Under the pieces are notes generated by a model that saw only the letters and a list, made by a program, of their open reading frames with translations, ran no database searches and was not told where the DNA came from. Of a DNA stretch of 24,000 nucleotides, positions 17,441 to 24,000 are shown in pieces. The translations under genes were made by a program, and so were the position numbers. How positions within the stretch are numbered: position 1 is the stretch's first letter; the number at the start of each line of letters is the position of its first letter. Source of the stretch: an uncultured Desulfobacter sp. (GTDB lineage Bacteria > Desulfobacterota > Desulfobacteria > Desulfobacterales > Desulfobacteraceae); the NCBI GenBank assembly GCA_963677125.1, contig OY781882.1, positions 5,490,518-5,514,517 of the forward strand, in the 5' to 3' direction.

Positions 17441-18520
17441 TTAATTGTGTGACGCTGCGGCTGCAGCTCGTCGGGCACTGACCAGCGCCCCTTCAAGGTA
17501 GCCGCCGAATTGGCCCGCGGTCTCACTGCCTGCAAAGTGCAGTGTGTTGTTCCAGATGCTTGTTTTCCCGCCTGGCGGATAGAATTCAGGATGGTTGTGA
17601 CAGGATTTTTTGTCGTATTCCGTGGCCGTAAACGATTCTAAAGCCCAGTCCTGGTAATACAGTTCCAAGGGCTGTGCCGCATCGGGCCCGAACAGCTGCA
17701 CAAGCTGGGCAAGAATGGCCCGGGACATGGTGTTTTTGTCCTTCCTTCTCAGGGCTGGGATGCCGGCAAAGCCTGTCAACCCATAGGGGTGATCACCAGT
17801 GGCAGACCCGTCATGGATCTCCCCGAGGGGACCGCGTTGGCTGAATGCCTGTCCGGAAAGTCCCATGTTTCGCCAGGCTGCCTTATTATACAGGGCAAAA
17901 AATTTGGCATGCCCGGCCATCCAGGTGGATGCCTTAAGCATAGCCTGGGCCAGGGCATGGGACAGATCCGGTGTAAATAAAATGGACCGGGCCGCAAGTC
18001 GGGGCGGCAGGGCAAGAATGATGTTGGATGCGGTTAATTCACAACGAGGCGGCTGGTCAAGATGCCCCACCTTTACCCTGCACCCATTGTCCTGGCGCTG
18101 GATTTCACAAACCGGATGATCCAGGCGGATAACCTGTCGATTAATTTGCGCCAACAGACCTTTGATAAGGGCCATCATGCCGCCTTCAAGGCGGAAGGCC
18201 GGCGGTTCCATGGGGCAGCCGGACACGGTCTGGACATCGCCTGCTTTGGTTTCAAATAAGGCAAGGCCCTGTTCAAACTGGGGATATCTTTTTAATCCCA
18301 GATTTTTTACCAGGGCGGATACTTCCGGATTGACCATGGGCCAGAACCAAGACGGCCCCAAGTCGGCAAAAAAAGTTTGATGGTTTGGACATAAAATTCT
18401 ACCCCCGATTCTGGATCTGGCTTCCAGAACAAGAACGGATCTGTTTTGCCTCATAAGGTGGGCGGCGCAGGCAATACCGCTTAATCCTGCCCCAATAATT
18501 ATTGTATCAACGTGTTCCAT
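17441..18520 (-). CDS. FAD-dependent oxidoreductase, flavin amine-oxidase-like
   Basis: 359 aa. N-terminal dinucleotide-binding motif DTIIIGAGLSGIACAAHL followed by VLEARSRIGGR, typical of the amine oxidase / protoporphyrinogen-oxidase-like fold. C-terminal FAGSETA..GYLEGAL motif. Confidence 0.8.
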   Translation of the reverse strand: MEHVDTIIIGAGLSGIACAAHLMRQNRSVLVLEARSRIGGRILCPNHQTFFADLGPSWFWPMVNPEVSALVKNLGLKRYPQFEQGLALFETKAGDVQTVSGCPMEPPAFRLEGGMMALIKGLLAQINRQVIRLDHPVCEIQRQDNGCRVKVGHLDQPPRCELTASNIILALPPRLAARSILFTPDLSHALAQAMLKASTWMAGHAKFFALYNKAAWRNMGLSGQAFSQRGPLGEIHDGSATGDHPYGLTGFAGIPALRRKDKNTMSRAILAQLVQLFGPDAAQPLELYYQDWALESFTATEYDKKSCHNHPEFYPPGGKTSIWNNTLHFAGSETAGQFGGYLEGALVSARRAAAAASHN

Positions 18521-18786
18521 AAATTTTTAAAATCCACTGGCGTGAACGAATACTGCCAAAGGTTATGCGCCTTTGGAATTGAAAAAGCAACGATTTTGAC
18601 AATGGATGTACCGGCATCAACATCAGTCCTGCCAATCCGAAACGCTTGGGTTAAATCATTTTTTCCTTTTTTCAACTCTGTTTTTTCAATTACTTATATG
18701 ATATGTTTTTTTGCTTTATCAGGATGGTAGTGATAAAAAGGTACGGCAAAAAGAATAAGGCTACTGCTTAAGGAGAATTACCCTAT

Positions 18787-20664
18787 ATGGCACGTTTAAA
18801 TGAGTTTGAACTGTCCGTTATAAAAGTCACTGACAGTCCATTAATATACAAGGCGCAGATCCCTTCGGAGTGCACATTTTTTCAGGATGTCCGACGCTAC
18901 CAGAGTATTGGGCCCCAGATGGAAATCCGTATTATTCCGGTAAATGGGTTGATCGAGCTTGACTCGGACATGGAGCCCGTATCCTTTAATAAATTAAGCG
19001 GGGCCGAACGTAAGGCCCTGGTGGATTACCTGACGGTTCGTGTTGCAAGAGGCGATAATATCGGGTATGCATGGGCCTTTTTTCGGCCTGCGGATAAAAA
19101 AAGGTGCCTTGTGGCCTACGGCGGCAACGTGGTCCATGATGATACCTATACGGGAAAAGAACGCGTTACGGCTTTGCTTTCGGCGCTTAAAAAGCAAAAA
19201 GGCATCAGCAAAATGAAACGGCGCTGGTTTCCCTGGCTTGCCGCCCTTCTGCTTATATCTCTGGTCGTTTTTGCCGGGGTCAAATATGGCAATCTGGTAA
19301 AAAAGATTCCCTTTATCAGCAGTATCGGCAAGGCTTCCGGTCCTGAAATGCAGTTTTATGAATCCGTATTTCCTGATTTGTATGCCTGGCTGTCCAAGGG
19401 CGAGCCGGAACAAAAAGATGTGGCGAAAAAGCTTTTGAAAACCGAATACATCTCATCCATGCTTCACACCATGACCCAGCCTGATTACCTTCAGGACGGA
19501 GAGGAGGGGATGGACCGGGGCAACAGGCTGATCCTGTTTGTCTATTTTAATTATAACAAACAGGTTGAAGAGTTGATCAGTTCCCGTCGGTTGATTCTGG
19601 CAGGTACGGAATTCATTCGTTTGTCACGGATTTATTCAACCCTGCAGTCCGGATATGCTTCCAATATTTTTTATTTCAAGGTTGGAGATTTGAACATCCG
19701 GCATACGGAGATCTCCAATTACATGAAACAGAACATGATCTCCTATCATGATTTTAAAAAGATCAGGGATGAAAATGCCTTTGCAGAACTGATGGCCAGT
19801 GACCGTATCAGTTATAAAATGAAGGGTTTTTTGGAAAATGTGTACACCTTTACCCCTCTTCGCATTGACACAAAACTTGATGGTAAATCCTGGTACCTGC
19901 TCACCCGGAATAACAGTGCCGGCAATATAGATTTTGCCGCCTTTTTCCACCAGGGCAGCGCTACACTGGTTCCCAAACGCATAGGCCATCTGGTGCTCGG
20001 AGACAAGGGCCTGCCTGCAGACATGGCCTGGTATGCATTGGATGACAGCCAGGCCGGGGGGCTTAAACTGTCGGACAGTTCCCAAACCTATTTTAGTACA
20101 GAGACCGGCCAGACCAACCAGCTCGGTATTATCCAGAAACGCATTGATAGCTTAAATCTTTCCAAGGTGTCCGAAGGCCGGGTGAAGGTCAGCGTTCACC
20201 GGGAATTGCTCATGGGGGATGCAAAGGGCAAATACGGCATCCAGACCAATGATCCCATCACAAGCCTGGTGCTGTCCAACCTGATCACCAAATCATCCTT
20301 TGAACAGGAGGCCAATGTATCCCTCAAGCGGGACCCCATCCAGTTTAATACCACATTGATTCAGCTCTCCAAAGACGACAGTTTTTCAGTTCAGTCTGTG
20401 ACCATCACGCCGGGCACCACCAATATCATCCGCTTGTTTGAGCCTTTGGACAGTTTTAAGGCAACGTTTAGGGACGGCACTTCCACCACCTTTGAAAAGG
20501 CCAGTGTCAATTTGTTCAACCCATTTACGTTTATGGTATCCAGGGACAGCATCGTTTTATGTTTCCGTCATGACATTACTGACATGACCATCGAGGCCAA
20601 CGGCACGGAGCTTCAAGTCGTAAAGGCCAAAGACGGAAACTATCAGATTGTGAAAATCCCTTAG
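18787..20664 (+). CDS. Hypothetical bitopic membrane protein (~150 aa cytoplasmic N-domain, one TM helix, ~450 aa extracytoplasmic region)
   Basis: 625 aa ORF with AAGGAG ~12 nt upstream. A single hydrophobic helix, WFPWLAALLLISLVVFAGV (about 19213-19290), is preceded by the positive cluster KMKRR (positive-inside rule). I recognise no family motifs. Confidence 0.75.
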   Translation: MARLNEFELSVIKVTDSPLIYKAQIPSECTFFQDVRRYQSIGPQMEIRIIPVNGLIELDSDMEPVSFNKLSGAERKALVDYLTVRVARGDNIGYAWAFFRPADKKRCLVAYGGNVVHDDTYTGKERVTALLSALKKQKGISKMKRRWFPWLAALLLISLVVFAGVKYGNLVKKIPFISSIGKASGPEMQFYESVFPDLYAWLSKGEPEQKDVAKKLLKTEYISSMLHTMTQPDYLQDGEEGMDRGNRLILFVYFNYNKQVEELISSRRLILAGTEFIRLSRIYSTLQSGYASNIFYFKVGDLNIRHTEISNYMKQNMISYHDFKKIRDENAFAELMASDRISYKMKGFLENVYTFTPLRIDTKLDGKSWYLLTRNNSAGNIDFAAFFHQGSATLVPKRIGHLVLGDKGLPADMAWYALDDSQAGGLKLSDSSQTYFSTETGQTNQLGIIQKRIDSLNLSKVSEGRVKVSVHRELLMGDAKGKYGIQTNDPITSLVLSNLITKSSFEQEANVSLKRDPIQFNTTLIQLSKDDSFSVQSVTITPGTTNIIRLFEPLDSFKATFRDGTSTTFEKASVNLFNPFTFMVSRDSIVLCFRHDITDMTIEANGTELQVVKAKDGNYQIVKIP

Positions 20665-20712
20665 AAACCAATGTTTTGAAGACATCAGCATCAAGGAGTT
20701 TTATTTAATCAT

Positions 20713-22218
20713 ATGTTTGATAACACAGACCGGCTTTTAAAAATCCAGGACGGTATCAAGGCAGTTATTCAGCAACTTGCCGAGCTGCCGGCCCGGCAGG
20801 TAGACCGGGTGGAAAAGGTCATTGAACGCTGCCAAAGGTGCCTGAAAACGGCACCGGAAACGGATTTGCCCGTGTACATCCACATTACGGGTACGGATAA
20901 ATCCTTTAAGACCAGCTATCTTTTAGACCTGTTTGACAATGACGCGCTTCGTAGGCTGTTTGCGGTCAAGCAGCGAAACACCTCGGAGAATACGGCGGTT
21001 CCCTGTCTTGTGGAACCGGTATCCTGGACCGACGAGGTGGTGGTCAGCCAGATCAGCATTTCCACGGGGAATGTAATCCGGGACCGTTTAACCCAGGAGC
21101 AGTTTAACCGGCTGTATGATCTGTCTTCCGGGGCAGAGCCGGATGATTATCTCATCCGGGTGGCTGTGCCCGAAGACCAGACCACCATGACATTGCCGGC
21201 CATCGAATATCCGGGGATTAAAGAGGGTGCGGATGCCGTTGAATTCCAAAAGGAGCGCCATGAGAAGTTCCAGGCCAATATGCTGGATTGCATGGAGCGC
21301 TATCCCGGCATCCTGGTGGCCTGTTTTCAGCACAAAATCGCCATTCCTCCGGGGCATCCTTTAGATGCCATTCTTAAAAAATACCGTACGGTATTGGAAA
21401 CCACCCACGCATACCAGAAATTGCCGTTAATTTTGTCTTTGCAGGGGGACAGTGCCGTGGCAAGTTATTGCGGCAATACCAATGTGGAGCAGGACCTTGA
21501 AAGCGATTTCAAAAGCTATAAAGCCTTTGAAACTGTTGTGCAATTGATTAACCCGTGTAACAGTGAATACCCGGTGAATTTTATCTCCCCGGGTCCACAC
21601 GTGGACACCTGGATACGCAATTTGTCCCGGTATAAAGATTTGCGTGAAATCAAAGATGAGATCAAAAAGGATGGGGGCATTGCCTGGTCCCGTCAGATGC
21701 TCGGCGATCTGTGCACCACCTCAAATATCAGAGACGCCCTTGACAATATGTTTTTGATGCCCTGGATCAAGAAGGCTGAAAAGGTGCATACCCAGGCCGT
21801 TGATCTGATTTATGCAATCGAAAGCTATGATGAAGTGGCCGACGTCAAAGAGCGCATGCGCAAAGCCATTCTCAACGATACCTACCAGAGCCTGAGGCAT
21901 TTTTTTGACCGGGAGATCCAATACAATGAAGAGGGGATAATTGAGGACCACAGCACGTTCTGGAATGCCATATTTACCCAGTACCTCGACCAGTTTTTGG
22001 CCGATACCCCCAAAAGCCAGGCCATTGCCGATGTCCTGTGGAAAAACTTGCACCAGCGCCTGGATCCCGAGAACAAAGGCTTTTTGAGTGCAGCGGAAAA
22101 GGATTTGCCCCACATCATCATGAATATGGCGGAATTTTATGTTCCCAATATGCTGGTGCGCGGTGATTTCACCCTTGTAGAAAGACGTATTAAAGAGGAT
22201 GGCCAAGATGTGGTTTAA
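20713..22218 (+). CDS. Hypothetical soluble protein with eroded P-loop / dynamin-like GTPase motifs
   Basis: 501 aa ORF with AAGGAG upstream. VYIHITGTDKSFKTSYLLDLF resembles a GxxxxGK[ST] Walker A with the second Gly replaced by Phe. NTAVPCLVEP resembles a switch I Thr region. LPAIEYPGIKEG stands where DTPG would be. The C-terminal half is helical. The fold assignment is tentative. Confidence 0.7.
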   Translation: MFDNTDRLLKIQDGIKAVIQQLAELPARQVDRVEKVIERCQRCLKTAPETDLPVYIHITGTDKSFKTSYLLDLFDNDALRRLFAVKQRNTSENTAVPCLVEPVSWTDEVVVSQISISTGNVIRDRLTQEQFNRLYDLSSGAEPDDYLIRVAVPEDQTTMTLPAIEYPGIKEGADAVEFQKERHEKFQANMLDCMERYPGILVACFQHKIAIPPGHPLDAILKKYRTVLETTHAYQKLPLILSLQGDSAVASYCGNTNVEQDLESDFKSYKAFETVVQLINPCNSEYPVNFISPGPHVDTWIRNLSRYKDLREIKDEIKKDGGIAWSRQMLGDLCTTSNIRDALDNMFLMPWIKKAEKVHTQAVDLIYAIESYDEVADVKERMRKAILNDTYQSLRHFFDREIQYNEEGIIEDHSTFWNAIFTQYLDQFLADTPKSQAIADVLWKNLHQRLDPENKGFLSAAEKDLPHIIMNMAEFYVPNMLVRGDFTLVERRIKEDGQDVV

Positions 22219-23959
22219 TCTGTTCAAACGAAAAAAAAAGGAAGTGGATCAGTTCCAGCTGGAACTGGAGGATGACGGCAAACTTTATTATGAAACCATT
22301 GCCGGACGGACCCCAAGGGACATTCAGAACCACGAGGAATATATTCTTTTTATTGATTTTGGATCTTACCGGACCAGTGTGTTGTGCTGGCCCTGCAGCT
22401 TTGGCCGGGATAAAATCACCGACTCATGGCAGTATGTGGTCCATGGGGACTCCGATGCCCAGGGGGGATTTCCTTCGGCTTTTATTAATCCGCCTTCCGG
22501 TGATGAGCGCGATTTTGCCTTTGTACCCAATATGGGTCAAGATCGTGTCAGTTCAAGCCAGATTGTTAAAAGCGCCAAATATGAATTTGCCTCCAAATTT
22601 GCCGCCTACCGGGGCGATGTGCCCCAGTTCAAGCTTTATATCAAAAAGATTCTTGAACACAGTTTCAGATACATTACCGAACCCAATAAGGATCGGCCCT
22701 GGAACGGTCCTGCCATTCCGGTGATTACGGAAATCCGGGTTACTGTGCCGGACCTATTCATTGAAAATTTGAGAAACGGATACCGGGAAAACATCTATTC
22801 CGTGTGCATGAACCTCTCCTCTGACCGGAAATGGAAATGGTTGTTCCCAAGTGATTTGAGACATTTGCGTAAAACGTTTGTCAATATTTCTGCCGATGAA
22901 AGCGGGGCGTGTGAGCTTTATTTTTTAAACCTGATCAAGCAGTTGCCCTTCTGGGATCTGTCCGGTCAAAAAGATCGGCTGCCCAATTTAAAAGAAGTGG
23001 ACTTTATCTTTTCCCAGGCAGCCCAGAGAGACCCTAATACCGAAAATCTTCAGTTTGTGGTGTGTCACATCGACATTGGCGGTCTGACCACCGATGTCAG
23101 CGTTCTTCTGGCCAATACTTTCCAGGACCCGGCCCTTGGCATCACCACCGCCCTGAACCGAAAGGAATCCTTTTCCGAAAGAAAGGCCGGGGAGTATTTT
23201 GCCGAAGCCTTTGCCCAGACCAGGTTGCCGGAAGAAACCGGTCCCTGGTGGGACAGTGACCGGTTCATCAGCAGGGATTTTTCACGATTTTTGGAATTGC
23301 TGTGCGGCAAACAGGCCGGCTTGCTTAATAAATGGCGCCAGGACAAAAATCTGTCCGGCATCTACTTTCTGATTTCAGGTCGTCCGACCAAATCCGAAAA
23401 GGTCAGAAAAGCCATTAAAAAGCATATCCTCAAGGAGTTTAATAAGGATGAACTGCTGCTTTTGCCCGAGCATTGCCTGTTCATGGCCGATTACCGGCAT
23501 GTGGGCAAAAACCAGGAAGGCGAGCGCTATGCCAAAAAAATCTCCCACTTTGAAAAACTGATTACCCTGCTCGGCAACGTGTATACCTTGTACGATGGGT
23601 ATGAAATTTGTGTGGATGACCACAAGTATTATATTTCCATGGACACGGATACCCGGACCACGGCCCAGATGGAGGTGCTGCCCGGACGGATCTATAATAT
23701 GGAAGAGTTTGAAAATTACAAGAAATCTGCAGAGCACAATAACGTCAATCATTTGGCTTTTACCCGGTTTCCGGAAGGGGAGAACAGCACCCGGTTTCTG
23801 ACGGTAAAAACCATTGCCCGGCAGAACGCTTTTCCCGTTATCCGGGTAGCCCAGACCAATGACGGCCAGGCATGGATTATGCCGTCGCTGATGATTACGA
23901 ACCTGGAGCAGAATGATCAGGCGTTTGATTTGTCATGGGGGGCCTTGTCACTGGAATAA
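22199..23959 (+). CDS. Divergent Hsp70/actin-fold (ASKHA) ATPase with a unique beta-rich C-terminal domain
   Basis: 586 aa ORF. The real start is probably the ATG at 22208 (AAGAGG SD 9 nt upstream) rather than 22199. Either start overlaps the upstream gene end (22218). Hsp70 signature blocks appear in the correct order: ILFIDFGSYRTSV (phosphate 1), IRVTVPDLF (cf. VITVPAYF), DESGACELYFL (cf. NEPTAAALAYGL), HIDIGGLTTDVSVL (phosphate 2, cf. DLGGGTFDVSIL), YFLISGRPTKSEKVRKAI (adenosine motif, cf. VLLVGGSTRIPKVQ). Confidence 0.8.
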   Translation: MAKMWFNLFKRKKKEVDQFQLELEDDGKLYYETIAGRTPRDIQNHEEYILFIDFGSYRTSVLCWPCSFGRDKITDSWQYVVHGDSDAQGGFPSAFINPPSGDERDFAFVPNMGQDRVSSSQIVKSAKYEFASKFAAYRGDVPQFKLYIKKILEHSFRYITEPNKDRPWNGPAIPVITEIRVTVPDLFIENLRNGYRENIYSVCMNLSSDRKWKWLFPSDLRHLRKTFVNISADESGACELYFLNLIKQLPFWDLSGQKDRLPNLKEVDFIFSQAAQRDPNTENLQFVVCHIDIGGLTTDVSVLLANTFQDPALGITTALNRKESFSERKAGEYFAEAFAQTRLPEETGPWWDSDRFISRDFSRFLELLCGKQAGLLNKWRQDKNLSGIYFLISGRPTKSEKVRKAIKKHILKEFNKDELLLLPEHCLFMADYRHVGKNQEGERYAKKISHFEKLITLLGNVYTLYDGYEICVDDHKYYISMDTDTRTTAQMEVLPGRIYNMEEFENYKKSAEHNNVNHLAFTRFPEGENSTRFLTVKTIARQNAFPVIRVAQTNDGQAWIMPSLMITNLEQNDQAFDLSWGALSLE

Positions 23960-24000
23960 TGTCAGTGTTAGCTATTTAAGATGATTTCATAATACCACGA

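Noticed and set aside
18556-18576. A small inverted repeat, CCAAAGG-N7-CCTTTGG, in the intergenic region between the oxidase gene and the three-gene cassette.
   Set aside because: A 7 bp stem is too short to separate from chance. There is no second copy and no adjacent promoter that I can place.
17441-23959. The idea that the three-gene cassette sits in a mobile defence island.
   Set aside because: The window contains no integrase, transposase, tRNA attachment site, flanking direct repeat or restriction/toxin gene. I could see no obvious composition shift by eye. A defence role therefore stays speculative and is not asserted.
1-24000. A scan for CRISPR arrays, rRNA or tRNA genes, IS elements and riboswitches (including c-di-GMP class motifs in the 11714-12216 leader region).
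   Set aside because: I found no regularly spaced direct repeats, no conserved rRNA or tRNA sequence blocks, no terminal inverted repeats flanking a transposase, and no GEMM-like conserved segments.

Overview
This is a gene-dense 24 kb chromosomal window. I saw no rRNA, tRNA, CRISPR array, transposase or integrase. All family calls come from motif recognition by eye; no database search was run. The gene content (many hybrid kinases, a DUF342 protein, a stressosome) fits an anaerobic Desulfobacterota-type genome, but that is only a guess. There are four blocks. (1) 1-11713, minus strand: one tightly packed ~11.7 kb signalling operon. It runs rsbR-rsbS-rsbT-rsbX (a complete stressosome partner-switching module), then a cytoplasmic hybrid histidine kinase, a REC-HD-GYP response regulator, a 1713 aa hybrid kinase with two extracytoplasmic sensor domains, and a second paralogous receiver cut by the window edge. 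(2) 12217-15494, plus strand: a canonical receiver with a coiled coil, then a pseudo-receiver fused to a DUF342/FapA domain. A ~143 nt extended hairpin follows, and its G-U pairs only work on the plus-strand RNA. (3) 15739-18520, minus strand: an FAD amine-oxidase-like gene and a translationally coupled ybjQ / TM-ybjQ / M48 metallopeptidase trio. (4) 18787-23959, plus strand: three co-directional genes with no family I can name. They encode a bitopic membrane protein, a protein with eroded dynamin-like P-loop motifs, and a divergent Hsp70/actin-fold ATPase. Block 4 is my best candidate for an undescribed system. The stressosome wired to a phosphorelay with an HD-GYP output is second.
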